DNA of 64,000 nt from Azolla caroliniana (lineage: Eukaryota > Plantae > Polypodiophyta), in NCBI GenBank assembly GCA_043228905.1, contig JBHGNT010000014.1, positions 4,340,001-4,404,000 on the forward strand, written 5' to 3'. The position numbers were made by a program, and so were the translations under genes. Shown here piece by piece: positions 48,759-62,326 of this stretch. The notes beneath the pieces are model-generated. The model made no database searches and had not been told where the DNA came from. It was given only the letters and a program-made list of their open reading frames with translations. The stretch's first letter is position 1. Each line of letters begins with the position of its first letter.

Positions 48759-51700
48759 TGCTCACTTAGCTCCCTCTAAGTGGAAAACCAGAAAAATGAG
48801 TAACAACTACAAAACTGTTTGCCCTAAGTCATATTTATACACATATGACTTTCGGGCTATTTACAAATATAGCCTCAAGGGCCCTTGGCAAACATATTCA
48901 CAAATATGTCCCCGCATCCGGATCTCTCTCCGGGTACATTCGTCATCCGGCTCCGTAGCCGGGGTCTTCATCATCCGGATCCGGAACCGGGTCTTCATCA
49001 TCCGGCTCCGAAACCGGGTCTTCATCATCCGGCTCCGGAACCGGGTCTTCATTCCCGATTCCCGGACATCTGACCATCCCATCCGGAGGGACCGTAATCC
49101 CAACAAACTCCCCCTTCACTTCGGCATGGGATGTCTTTCCAGTCCGACCCTCTTCCGGCACGCTTTCCAGTCCGACCCTCGTCCGTGTGGATCTTCGTCA
49201 GCACGAACTCCTGGTCTTCTATCCTTTCCCGGATCCAGTGATATCTTCGCTGGATGTGCTTCGTCCGGGAGTGATAGGCCGCGTTCTTCGCAAGGTGGAT
49301 GGCACTCTGACTGTCGCAGTAGAGTCGGTACTCCTCCTGCCGGATACCGAGCTCTCTAATGAAGTCCTTCATCCATATTATTTCCTTGCCGGCTTCAACA
49401 GCCGCCATGTACTCCGCCTCCGTGGTTGACAATGCAACCGTCTTCTGCAGCCTCGACTGCCACGAAACAGCTCCCCCTGCATACGTCATCACATACCCTG
49501 ATGTGGACTGGCTGGTATTTGCATCAGCCGACATATCCGAATCGGTAAAGCCGTCGAGTTCGGGCTTACCGGAGCCGAATCGGAGGCAGCGTTTGCCGTG
49601 CCCTTCAGGTATCGGAGTATCCACTTGGCCGCGTTCCAGTGCTCTTTGCCGGGATTGCTAATGTACCGGCTCACCACTCCGACTGCATATCCTATGTCCG
49701 GTCTTGTACACACCATTGCGTACATCAAGCTTCCGACGGCAGAGGCATATGGTACTTTCATCATGTCCTCCTTCTCAGCCTTTGTCTTGGGGCTTTGCTT
49801 GCTGGACAACTTGCAGTTTGCCGGGAGGGTTGACCTGACCGGTCTTGCTTCCGACATGTTGAACCGGTGAAGCACCTTTGTCACGTACTTCTCCTGTGAC
49901 AGCCACAACTGCTTCTTCTTCCGGTCCCGGATGATGTGCATCCCTAGTATTTGCCTCGCCGGACCCAGGTCCTTCATTGAGAAGGTTCGGTGAAGCGCTT
50001 TCTTCAGCATCCGTATCTTGACCTGGTCCCGTCCGACGATCAACATGTCGTCCACGTATAGGAGGAGTATTAGAAAGTCTCCTCCTTCGAACTTCTTCAC
50101 AAACACGCAGTGATCGGACTGCGTTTTGTGGTACCCTTCGTCGGTCATGAAAGAGTCGAACTTCCGGTACCATTGCCGGGGAGCCTACTTCAGTCCGTAA
50201 AGGCTCTTCTTCAACTGGCATACCAGGTGCTCCTTCCCTTTCTTCTTGAATCCTTCCGGTTGCTGCATGTAGATTTCTTCTTCGAGGTCACCGTGAAGGA
50301 ATGCCGTCTTCACGTCCATCTGTTCTACCTCGAGGTCCATGCTTGCCGCTATGCTCAGCACCGTCCGGATGGAGGTCATCTTCACTACCGGGGCAAATAT
50401 CTCGTCGAAGTCGACGCCCTTCTTCTGCTGGAACCCCTTCACCACGATCCTGGCTTTGTATCTCGGGGGGTTTCCGGCATCTCCCGGTTTCAGCTTGAAC
50501 ACCCACTTGTTTCGAAGTGCCCGCTTTCCTTTCGGCAACTCCACAAGTTCATATGTGTGGTTCTCATGCAGGGAATCCATCTCCTCCTGCATGGCACTTA
50601 ACCACCTGCGGCTATGGGTGTCAAGCTTTGCTTCTTCAAAACTCTCCGGCTCCCCCTCGTCGGTTAGCAGCACGTGCTCTGGTTCCGGAAATCTCCGGGG
50701 GGCCCTTCTCTCTCTTAGAGGATATCTCCGTTCCGGAGCTTCGGTAACCGGCTCCTCCGTTTCCTCTTCATCCGAATCCATTTCGGGATCGGGGCCGGTT
50801 CCGGTATCAGTTTCATCTTCCTCGGCCGGTTCTGTTTCTTCACCGTCTTCGGCCGGATCCTCGAGTGCTAACCGGTCCCTTGCCGGTCGGGACTGCTCCT
50901 CGTAGAGTTGATCCTCACCGGTCGACTTGGAGCTCTTCATCTTCTTCTCCGACTCCCAGTCGGCGAGTGTCTTGTCCTCCATGAAGATGATATCACGACT
51001 CCGGAATATCTTTTTGTCGACCGGGTCCCATACTCGGTAGCCGAACTCGTCATCGCCGTAACCGAGGAATATGCATGGCCGGGTCTTTGGATCTAGCTTT
51101 CCTCTCCGGTCCTTTGCCACATGCACATATGCGAGACACCCGAACACCTTCAGATGCCGGTAGGATACTTCCCTACTGGTCCACACTCTCTGCGGCGTGT
51201 CTCCGTCCAAAGGTACTGAGGGTGATCTGTTTATCACGTATGTCGCCGTCGACATTGCCTCAGCCCAAAACCCCTTGGGTAATTTCGCATGCGCCAGCAT
51301 ACTCCGGACCCTCTCCATTATGGTCCGGTTCATCCTCTCGGCCAGCCCGTTCAGTTCCGGCGTCTTCGGCACAGTAAACTCGAGCCGGATTCCCTTCGAG
51401 CGACAATACTCCTGGAACTGCCCCCGGTATTCCCCTCCGTTATCCGCTCGTATCGCTTTCAGCTTCTTGCCGGATTCCCTTTCCACTCTCGCGTGGAGTT
51501 CTTTGAAGACGCACAACACTTGGTCCTTTGTCTTCAACGGTGCCGTCCACAACTTCCGGCTGTGGTCATCAATGAATGTCACGAAGTACTGGGCTCCGCC
51601 ATGTGACTTCGTTTCTACTTGACACACGTCAGTGTGCACCAACTCCAATGGTGCGCTACGTCTCGTCGGTGGCCTTGAGTGGAAGGAGGTTCGGTTTTGC

Positions 51701-53449
51701 TTACCGGCCAGGCAATCGGTGCACTTCTCCAGGTGCACATGCTTCACTGGAATAAGGTTGTCTTCTGCAAGCCTCTTCATCCCCTTCTCACTCATGTGGC
51801 ACAGTCTCTTGTGCCACAACTCACCGGCAGTGTCGGCTGCCACGTTCAACTCCTCCGGACACAACCAGGCACTCATAAGGTACAGTGTGTTGACTTTCCG
51901 GGCCCGAGCCACTATCAGGCTCCCCTTGCTGAACTTCATTACGCCGTTCCGGATGCTACCTGTGTAGCCTTCATCGTCTAGCCTCCCGGCCGAAATCAGG
52001 TTCAATCGAACCTCCGGAACGTGTCGGACATCCTTCAGCAACATTTTGCATCCGGTCGAGGTTGTCAACCACACGTATCCTATGCCGGCAATCCGGCACG
52101 TACCTTCATTTCCCATCCGAACACAGCCATGCTCACCGGCTGTGTAGGATGAGAAGTATCTTCTTTCCGGGGTCAGGTGGAACGACGCTCCGGAATCGAC
52201 CACCCAGGTAGTCTCATCGCCGGCAATGTTTAGTTCACCTTCTTCGGTGATGAGCATGATCTCCTCTTCACTTGCCGCGAGTGCCGTCGTTCCTTTCCGG
52301 TCCTGCCCTCGCCGATCCGAACCATTCCGGTCCGTGGCTCCCCGGTATGCACCGTTTCGCTCCGGTGACTTCTTCGAATCGGTACCGTCGGTTCCTTTGT
52401 CTTTCCGGAAATGCCGACAGTTCTTCTGGAAGTGCCCCGGCTTCCCACAGTAGAAGCATGTAGGTCTTCCCCTCGACTGCGACCGTGTCCCTGACTTCTC
52501 CCGTCTTTGCGGACTCCGGTTCCGTTGTCTTTCCCGTTCCGATTCGGTAAGCAGCGCCTTCGAGTCGGAGGCCGGTTCTTTGTCTCTCCGATGCGCTTCT
52601 TCATTTAGAATACTTGTCTTTACCGTTAGTAAAGACAAGTTCTCTTCCTTACAGGAGGTGCTGAGAGTAACTACCAAGTTCTCCCAGCTCTCCGGAAGGG
52701 TACACATCAGCATGATGGCTTGCATTGCGTCATCCAACGGGAACTTGATCGCCGCAAGCTGGTTCACGAATCCCATGAACGTGCTGACGTGTTCGACCAT
52801 GCTCTCGCCGTCCCGGTACTTAAGATTCACTATCTTCCTCATCAGGGAGGTCCGGGTCAGAGCATTCTTCCTCTCATACAGTCCGGACAGCTTCTGCCAC
52901 ATCTCATAGGCGTTTGTATCGTTCGCCACATGTTGCAGAACACTTACATCGACATATTGCCGGATCATCGCTACGGCTTTCCGGTTCAGGAGCTTCCACT
53001 CCGACTCTATTACCCCCTTGGGTATCTCGGCATTGTCGATCGGTTCATACAGGTCTCGGACGATGAGAAGGTCTTCCATCTTTATCTTCCAGTCGGCGTA
53101 GTTCTGTGAGTTCAACACCATCATGCCCGGAGGCCCACTACCGCCGCCTTCCATTTTCTGTGTTACCGTCGCTCTGATACCACTTTGTTGAACACAGTGC
53201 TCGGCCACCACCGAGGAATAGGATCAACTCACAGAAAACAGGAAATACAAAATGCACGAAGACAATAGAGAGAAGAGTACACAGGATGTTTTACGTGGAA
53301 AACCCTAAATGGGAAAAAACCACGGGAGTCCTCGAACTCCAACTATCACTATAAACAGAGATGTACAATGGTGAAGCTACAAGGCAACAACCTTGAGCTC
53401 ACTGTCTTCGCCACAGGCGGCGGTAATACACAGAGGCAACGACCTCTTC

Positions 53450-53483
<34 letters not shown>

Positions 53484-53831
53484 TGCTCACTTAGCTCCCT
53501 CTAAGTGGAAAACCAGAAAAATGAGTAACAACTACAAAACTGTTTGCCCTAAGTCATATTTATACACATATGACTTTCGGGCTATTTACAAATATAGCCT
53601 CAAGGGCCCTTGGCAAACATATTCACAAATATGTCCCCGCATCCGGATCTCTCTCCGGGTACATTCGTCATCCGGCTCCGTAGCCGGGGTCTTCATCATC
53701 CGGCTCCGTAGCCGGGGTCTTCATCATCCGGATCCGGAACCGGGTCTTCATCATCCGGCTCCGGAACCGGGTCTTCATTCCCGATTCCCGGACATCTGAC
53801 CATCCCATCCGGAGGGACCGTAATCCCAACA
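48459..53831 (-). mobile_element. Full-length Ty1/Copia, same family as 3036-8363, inactivated
   Basis: LTRs 53186-53831 and 48459-49105; TSD AGAAT; PBS 53171-53182; PPT ~49108-49122; CAG>TAG stop at 50185, frameshift near 49590, rearranged RNase H end near 49160-49180. Confidence 0.97.
49116..53154 (-). pseudogene. Copia gag-pol with a premature stop and a frameshift
   Basis: ORF pieces 50185-53154, 49489-50148 and 49049-49624 are nearly identical in protein sequence to 3671-7747. Confidence 0.93.
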
Positions 53832-55449
53832 AGAATCGACATAGGAGTCGATTAGTCGGCTCATCAACTGAGGTTAATAAGAATAATCATAATGAAAGCT
53901 ATGTTTGTAAATAGCCCATACTATGTATGAGTATAAATATACATAGGGCAAACATAGTCCTTGTAGTGTAGAACATAACGAAGCATTGTACAGAGCATAA
54001 CAAATATTGAGAAAGTAAGAAGAGAGAGAGCGCGAGAGAGAGTGATGGCACAGTTCTGAGAAACTTGCCAAGAACCCTAAGTGGGTATTCTCTGTTTATT
54101 ATCAGAGAGTTGTAACATGTTCTTTCTTTGTACTTTCCGTTCACATAGTGGAATATCTATTCCCGTGGTTTTCCCCTGTTTTAGGGTTTCCACGTAAATC
54201 TTGTGTACTGCGTGTTCTATCTACTTTGGTGTTTTCTATTTCCGTACTATATATTTGAGCATATCCTTCTCAAGATGTACGATCTCTTTCCTCACAAACT
54301 GGTATCAGAGCTTGAGGTGCAATATTGGAAGGAGGTGTGAGCGGTTTTCTAGGTATGATAGTCCTAAACTCACATAACTACTCCAACTGGAAGATCTTCT
54401 GATTGTTAAAGATCTGTACGAGCCCATCGATAGAGAAGAAATGCCCACAATAGTATTAGAGTCAGAATGGAAACTCCTACACAGGAAGGCGGTCGCGAGC
54501 ATCAGAAAGTGTTTAGATGTGAGTGTCCTTCAGCATATGGTTAATGACACTAATGCCTACGAGATGTGGCAAAAGCTGTCAAGGTTGTATGCGAGGAAGA
54601 ATGCCCTCAACAAGACATCTTTTATGAGAAAGATAGTAAGGCCAAAGTACAGAAATGGATAAAGCATAGTGGTGTGCATCAATACATTTATGGGGCTAGT
54701 AAATCAACTTGTGGCAGCCAAGTTCCCCCTTGATGATGCTATGTAGGCCTTGTTGTTGTTGTGTACCCTGATGGACAGTTGGGAGAACTTGGTGATGACT
54801 CTCAACACCTCGTGTCAAGAAGAAAACGTGTCTCTACAAGTGGTAAAGACAAGTATTTTGAACGAAGAGAAAAGAAGGAAGGACAAGGGTGTCCTGTCCC
54901 AGTCAAATGCAAATGTGTTGCAACATTCGGGCAGAGGAAGAAGCAAACAGAGAAGTCCATAGAAGAGAAACTAATCTAATGCCATCGAACAGTTGGGAGA
55001 ACTTGATGATGATTCTCAACACCTCGTGTCAAGAAGAAAACGTGTCTCTACAAGTGGTAAATACAAGTATCTTGAATGAGGAGACAAGAAGGAAGGACAA
55101 GGGTGTCTTGTCCTAGTTGGATGAAAATGTGTTGCAACATTCAGGTAGAGGAAGAAGCAAATAGAGAAGTCCATAGAAGATAGACAAATCTAATGCAAGG
55201 TCCAACTCCATAGGTAAGCTAACATGCTTTTATTCTAGAAAATCTGGACACTTCCAGAAAGACTATTGACATCTTAAGAGAGACAAAGGCGTCTCAAATG
55301 ATGTCGAACCTAGAAAGATTTCTGAGGAAAATGGCACTTTGGCCGTGGCTACAAGAGAAGAGGAACTCCTGTTCATTTCCAAGCAAGCAAGTGCAAACCT
55401 TGGAAATGAAGAGTGCACCTGGGTGGTTGACTCCGGTGCATCATGTTGG

Positions 55450-55577
55450 CATAAAAGGTTGACTTCTTCCACTTTGTATCCCAGTGTGAACTCATCCAAA
55501 GTGTTGGGGCTTAGTATATAAGTGATAACCTAATGTTGTAAAGGTGCCTCAACTTCTGGATCATTCTTGTACAATGT

Positions 55578-55632
<55 letters not shown>

Positions 55633-56520
55633 TATTAACAAAGCTTCCATTAAAGCTAAAACCGTATATATGTTCTATTTATTCTCTTGCCTTCCTTCTG
55701 TGTTGTTTGCTGAGCACATACGACTGATCCTCACACATACGTTTCTGCACATATTCGATCTTCAACCGGTATCAGAGCGAGCCACGGCTGGGTGGCAACA
55801 AACAACAGAAAAAGCTGAAAGGAAAAGGACAAGGTCAATAAAATCTCATTTTCAAAGAAGAACATGGCTTCAACATTAGGAGTAGGAGTTGAAATCAGAA
55901 AATTCAATGGCAAAAACTTTGCCCTATGGAAGGAGATGATGCAGGACGTGTTGATCATCAGAAGACAAGTTGGAGCCGTTTGACATAGTGAAAAACCTGC
56001 TTCGATGATAGCCAAAGAGGGGAGATCTACAAATGAAATCGCACGATCCACCATCCGAATGCATCTAGCCGAAAACGTCTACTTCAACATGGCAAAAGAG
56101 AAAACAATGTTCTCATTGTGGGAGAAGCTACAAGCCGTGTACGAGAAGAAGTTCTCATCTTCAAAATTGATTTTGATCAAATAGTTGTTCAACATAAAGA
56201 TGAGAGAGACCGATCCGGCTACCTCCCACATCAACACATTCAGCTAGGTGTTGTCAGAACTCTCCTCACAAGGGATCAACTTCGAAGAAGAAGTCAAAGC
56301 TCTTGCCCTCCTATCGAGCTTACCAGCGAGTTGGGAGGTATTCTGCACGGCATATGCCAATAGCCGTCCGATCCTAAATATGGATGAGACGATTAGCCAA
56401 GTCCTAACCGAGGACATTCGGCGAAAATCGATGGGACTCACCATCGACGAGTCGGCAGAAGCCCATCACTTGACCAAGTTGATCGAGGGAACAAGCTCAC
56501 AAAACTGGTCGGAACAATAA
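55450..56520 (+). mobile_element. Fragment of another Copia family: LTR end with (GA)n, PBS near 55767, decayed gag
   Basis: CGGTATCAGAGC; IRKFNGKNFALWKEMMQDVL, LWEKLQAVY, EEEVKALALLSSLPASWE. Confidence 0.78.
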
Positions 56521-56982
56521 CCGATCAAGGAGCGACCATCAATGACTACTACTTGGCTCTGACTCTTCTACGATATTTCCGGAAGCAATGGGGAAACCAT
56601 CAATGACTACTCCAGAGGCTAGGCAAGGGAGTTTTCTTAGGGATATCTAATGAGCTTGGGAAAAATTCTTATCCAAGTAGCAAAAATTAGCTCCAAAATC
56701 TAGGAGTGCTAAGACATGTACTCGAGGGATACTTTTAGTACTAATAATTACTTGAGCTAGGAAGACATTGCCAACTTGCTTAGAGGGAATGGAACCACTA
56801 ATGGGCTACACAGATCTAGGGTTGTCCAACCAAATGGCTGCTATTTTGGTTGGACTTAGTCGTTTAACCCTTCTTCTAACTGACTAAGGACTTCAAATTT
56901 GTTCAATAGACTTGGGCTATTAGTACTATTAGGATTATCAGACACTCCTACTGAAATAGACTCTGGTTTAGTACAAGCTACT

Positions 56983-58330
56983 ATTTGATTTACCTATCTT
57001 CTTGGCCTATGTGGATAGTTTATTGCGACATGCCCTTGTCCTCCACAGTAAAGACATAATCGATTTACTCGACGTCATTGCTTTTCTTCTTCCAACAATG
57101 GTCCACGGCGATGTGTGGTATCGATTTCCATCGGTGTTGGAGTATTTACCGGAGATGCACTATATGAATGCCTTGCAAATGGTTTTGCTATGACTGAGGC
57201 GTATGTGGGCTCCGACCTGGTCCTTGGCATTTGTAACTGGCGTTCCGAATGTCGTTCGAAAATCCGGTTATCGCATCGTACCGCTCGACTGATTGCCTCT
57301 GTGAGTGATTTTGGTTCTTTGGAGAAAGTCAGGAGTAAGTCTTTGACATCATTTCGTAGGCCGTATCAATTTGATTTACCTGTCTTCTTGGCCTATGTGG
57401 ATAGTTTATTGCGACATGCCCTTGTCCTCCACAATAAAGACATAATCGATTTACTCGATGTCATTGCTTTTCTTCTTCTGACAATGGTCCACGACGATGT
57501 GTGGTGTCGATTTCCATCGGTGTTGGAGTATTTGCCGGAGATGCACTATATGATTCCCTTGCAAATGGTTTTGCTACGACCGAGGCGTATGTGGGCTCCG
57601 ACCTGATCCTTGGCATTTGTAACTAGTGTTTCGAATGTTGTTCGAAAAGCCGGTTATCACATCGTACCACTCAACTGATTGCCTCTGTGAGCGATTTTGG
57701 TTCTTCGGAGAAAGTCAGGAGTAAGTCTTTGACATCATTTCGTAGGCCGTATCAAAATTGCTCCATCAATGCTTGATCATCCCATGGGATATCGGAGGCG
57801 AGTAGACGGAAATTTGTAGCGTAAGCAGAGGCTGGACGATCACCTTGACGTAATCATCGGATTTTGTTGATTGTCGTTCTTATGCTATTAGTATCTCCAG
57901 AACAAGCTTTAAACTCGCTTATAAACTCTTCAAAATTATTTAGTAATGGAGAACTTTTTTCCAACAACAGAGTGAACCATGCCAAAGTTGAGTTGCTCAG
58001 TAATGTATCGGTGATGTATCGGTGGTATATCGGGAAGGATGCATTTGAATGAATAATCGTACCCGATTAAGGAATCCTCTGAACTGTGATCGCGTTCCAT
58101 CGAATTTCATAGGAAGGCCGATCTTGGGCTCTTTATGAATCCCTTGAGTACTTGATCCTTGTTGTTGCAATACTACAATGGTTCCTTCAAGTTGTTGCAC
58201 GTGTAACGCTAACTCCCCATGTTGTTGTTGCACTTGCTACTTTTCTAAAGAGATTTGTTGAAGATCCCCCAACAGCCGTTGATTTTCTTGTTCCAATGCG
58301 ACAAACCTTTCTTTCAAGCACTATAGCTTT
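56983..58330 (-). pseudogene. Gypsy gag relic (Tcn1/chromovirus-like) with a 386-bp tandem duplication
   Basis: KEPKIGLPMKFDGTRSQFRGFLNRVRLFIQMHP; LRQGDRPASAYATNFRLLASDIPWDDQAL..FRYGLRNDVKDLLL; duplication units at 56983 and 57369. Confidence 0.75.
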
Positions 58331-58548
58331 GAGAAAACAGATTGGTATTCTTGAGCTCTAACAATTGCCATAGTATTGGAGGAAGGAATGATAAGAAGAT
58401 TGGTATGAAGGGAAGGAGGGATACAAAGCTTAAGACAATTCGGTTCAAATTGTGAAGGATAGTACTAGAGGCAACGAGAATTAGTACTAAAGATAGAGGA
58501 GAAGAATGAGGATTAGTACTAAGAAGGGAAAGAGTGTGAGAACCACGT

Positions 58549-58592
<44 letters not shown>

Positions 58593-58811
58593 TGATGACA
58601 ACAAGAAGTATATTATATTATATGAAGAATACAAGAACAACTAGGAGGCTTAAGACTGGCATTGAACCGAATTGGTTCGGAATAATGCCTTATGCCTCTA
58701 TTTATAGTGTTGTCAAGATTACTCTTGAAGTTTCTAGAAAGTTCCAGAGTAATCTAGAATATACATGAATTTCCTATAGAAATAATAAATGAAACTAATA
58801 TCTTTGTATTA

Positions 58812-58883
58812 CAATTCATGGTTTAATGGCAAGGGTTCAGCCCATGTAACACAAGGTCATGGGTTTGAATCCCTTTGGAGTCA
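58812..58883 (+). pseudogene. Degenerate tRNA-like sequence (tRNA pseudogene or SINE head)
   Basis: A-box-like TGGTTTAATGG and B-box-like GGTTTGAATCC at tRNA spacing; T-stem GGG/CCC; stems are imperfect. Confidence 0.4.
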
Positions 58884-59271
58884 TACCACGCCAAATCATG
58901 ACACCGACAGAGTTCTATCAACCAAGCCTCGACTATGTCAATTACATCGATGCAGGTGAACTAAGAACATATGAAGAAGTGTTACCCCGTACGAGATGTA
59001 CGGAGAGTGAAGTGTGATGAGCGAGGGTTGAATGTTATCATGATGTTGTGTATGTGTAGGGGGTATAAATGTAGTTGTGAGTCTATACGTATGTGAACAC
59101 ATGCACATGTGTGTGCATGTGGATGGATACGAGGAGGTGTGAGTGAGTGTCCAGTATGAATGCTCAATGGGGCTTACACCCCTATGTATCTACCCCCTCT
59201 TGTACTATTTAACCCCTTATGGGGAATGAATGAAACATAAATGAATCATTTCTCTCTATCTATCTCTATTT

Positions 59272-59274
<3 letters not shown>

Positions 59275-59348
<74 letters not shown>
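59275..59348 (+). repeat. (CT)n microsatellite
   Basis: ~35 CT units; other GA/CT tracts at 55582-55628 and 58554-58589. Confidence 0.95.
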
Positions 59349-59350
<2 letters not shown>

Positions 59351-62326
59351 CTTAATGTTGAACCCCTTGGGAGGGGGGTGGAGCCATTCTAGGCACCACC
59401 CCCCACCCCGCAATGCTTCTCAATGATTCTCAACATCTTCATCTCAATCTCTCTCACCATCATACTCTCCACCATCTTCACTATTCCACCATTTCTATCT
59501 TCGTCATCAATAATCATCATTACCATTAACCCTAACCCTAAAACCTACAACACCTTTCTTGGACAGGTAGTGGAGAGCTTGACGGCATTCTATGCGGTAG
59601 TACATAAACGGAGCACCCCGTACTACCCACAAACCAACGGATTAGCTGAGTCAACAAACAAAACGCTACAGAATATCCTGCGCAAGATCGTCAATGAGAA
59701 TCGGATAGATTGGGACACGAAGCTGCACAGTGCGCTCTGGGCTTACCGGACAACGTACAAAACAAGCATCCGAACAACGCCGTTCCGGTTAGCATTCGGA
59801 TTAGAGGCAGTCATGCCGATTGAGTTCTAGGTACCGAGCTTACAGATCTAGATTCGGGAACGACTTAATGAAAAGGAATCGGAGGCAATTCGGTTAGCAG
59901 CTCTGTGTGAACTAGAAGAACACCGATTAGCGAGTATCGTGCACCTAGAACTAGAGTAGTAATGAAGAAAGGCGTTTGTGGATCGCCACCGGAAAGGAAA
60001 TGAAAAGATGCTTGGAATCGGCAAGCCGGTACTAGTGTTCCAGACCCGGATGGGAAAGATGCCTGGGAAACTACGGTTTCGGTGGACCGGACCGTACTAG
60101 ATCACACGCGAATTCAATGGATCCTACCAGTTAGGGACACTTGTCGGCGAAGTCCTAGGTAAGTGGGTCAATGGATTTTGACTACAGCCATACAAGGGAC
60201 CCATGCCGAGGAACCCTTTTGAACAAGGGAAGGCCGATGCCGAACCAGAGACCGGAATACCGGAAACAACGACAACCCGATTAGCAATCGGCAACAACAA
60301 AGCCGGTAAGGGGGACAAAGAGCCGGCACACGGGCTGGATAAGAGGACGACAAACCGTCACGAGGCCGGAAAGATTCCTTATTCGGGTAAGGGTCCGGTA
60401 GGACCGGAGGCGAATTAACCTAATAATCAAATATTTAAAAAAAAAAATAAAAAAAATAAAAAAATTGAAACGAATCAAAGAAATCATGGAAAGGAGTAGT
60501 GGGAATGGCCATGCAAACGAGGAGTAAAGAGGCACTTCGAAAAGGTACGAGGAGGCTATGAATAGGGCATTAAAACACCGCCACATGGCACGTAATGCTA
60601 TTATAGTACACGACCTGCACATGCGTAGGCTCGAAAAAGGTGCCAAGATGCAGAGAGAAAAACCCCCACGTATTGAAACCTTCTCCTTTCGCGAACCAAG
60701 GAGAACAGACGCAAACAGCCGCGTGAAGATCAATCGAAGAGAGCTCGCGCACAGAGAACCCCCTCACTCAGAACTTTCTCCCTCACACTCTCTCCACCGT
60801 CAAACCTCGCCAACGCTCTCCGACCTCGACGCAGAGATGGACTGCCAAACACTGTCTAAAGCTGCCAAGAAATGGCTACGACAACACGGACTGGAGGGTT
60901 TCTTGACAATCATGGAGGTGGAGCTACACAAGGAGGCCGAAACGATTATCAAAGAAATTGACACAGAGGTGATCACAGAGGAGGCGATCCATGCATTAAC
61001 AGGCCTTCCGGAGGGGGGCATCTATACGATCGACAATCCTACCTCCGAGCAGCTCATCAAATATTTCGGTGAGTATTCTCTCGCTAGCAAGGGCTACAGG
61101 ACACAGGGCGGCGAAGATCTGTTATTCCGCAAAATTTCCCGTGTACTCCATGAGTTCGGTCATGTATACCCTCGACCCCCCGTTATGCCTCAAAACTGAG
61201 CAGGCTTGATTATCGCAACGTACGAAGGGGTCAAGGTGGATTGGCCAGTGCTGATTGATACCGTAAGAGGTAAGGAAGGCAAAGAAGGCCAGAAAATATG
61301 GCATGTGGTGACGCAATGGCTCACCCTATTGGCGCCACCTGTCGAGCCCGCCCAGACCAAGAAACGGGGAAGAGCAACGGACGACACCCCGAAACCTGCT
61401 TCAAAACGGAAACAGCTGTTGGCCTCCAAGGCCACTAAGGGGAAGACGGTCGACGTAGAGAAGGCGGCAAAGGAGCGTGCCAACCGGAAGCGGTTGACGG
61501 ACACGCACGAGGAGACACCGGCACGACCCTTGAAGAGCCCACTCCACCGACCGGTGCAGCAAGAAACGGACACCCTGGCGGCAAGAATGAATGCCAAGAC
61601 TCAGGAGGAGGAAACGGAGGAAGAGCCTACGGAGCACCTCTAGCGGCGGCCAGTGAAGAGGACCGTAGAATCAGTCGGGAAGCGTTCAGACCCACAGAAT
61701 GATGGAACGCTCGCAACCCACACTGAGAATCCCACGCCAAGGGAGGCACCGGAACCAGTTCAGATGGAACCGGTCACAGAAGTCCCTGCACAACAGGCAG
61801 CACCGGCAAGCCTCGTAACTCAAGAGCCGGTTATACAAATGCCAACCTCCTCAGTCGGCCAAGAACAAGCAGACAAGGAGCGGCCAACTAAAACACACCC
61901 AGAACCGGAACGGCAAAGTGGTCAGCAGGCAGAACCAGAAGTGCAACTCGACGCAGTAAGGCGGGACCAGCCACCGGCAAGTGAACCCATCAGCCAACCG
62001 GCCGTGCAGACGCAACAACAGGGCACCGGCAGCCAATGGCTCTGGTGGATAGGAGGACAAATTGCCGGGGTAGTCGGATACATAGAGGCGGAAGAAAGAG
62101 CGCAGACAGAACGGTTGCTTGTCACAACCGATGAACTGGAGACGGCCTGGTCAAGGATCCGGTGCCTCGAACAAGACTTGGATCGGGTCACTGAAGACAT
62201 GGCCAAAATGGCCTTAACCGCAACACAGATCCAAGCACCGGTGACTCCGGTGGATGTACATACGAATAAGACCCCGGAGACAGAAACTGTTCCAAAGAAA
62301 GATGTGGCATAAGCCCAAGAGCTTGC

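Larger units (their letters stand above)
48201..55450 (+). mobile_element. Older Copia 5' part (LTR 48201-48458 + 53837-54296, PBS 54300-54311, decayed gag-protease with a 214-bp duplication); interrupted by 48459-53831
   Basis: TGTTAGG...CCTCACA; TGGTATCAGAGC; EDLLIVKDLYEPID, ESEWKLLHRKAVA, WVVDSGAS, homologous to ORF 3671; duplication units at 54775 and 54989. Confidence 0.82.

Noticed and set aside
59528-59543. AACCCTAACCCTAAA and LTR TAGGGTTT motifs as telomeric sequence
   Set aside because: Only 1-2 units; telo-box-like motifs are common in plant LTRs and promoters.
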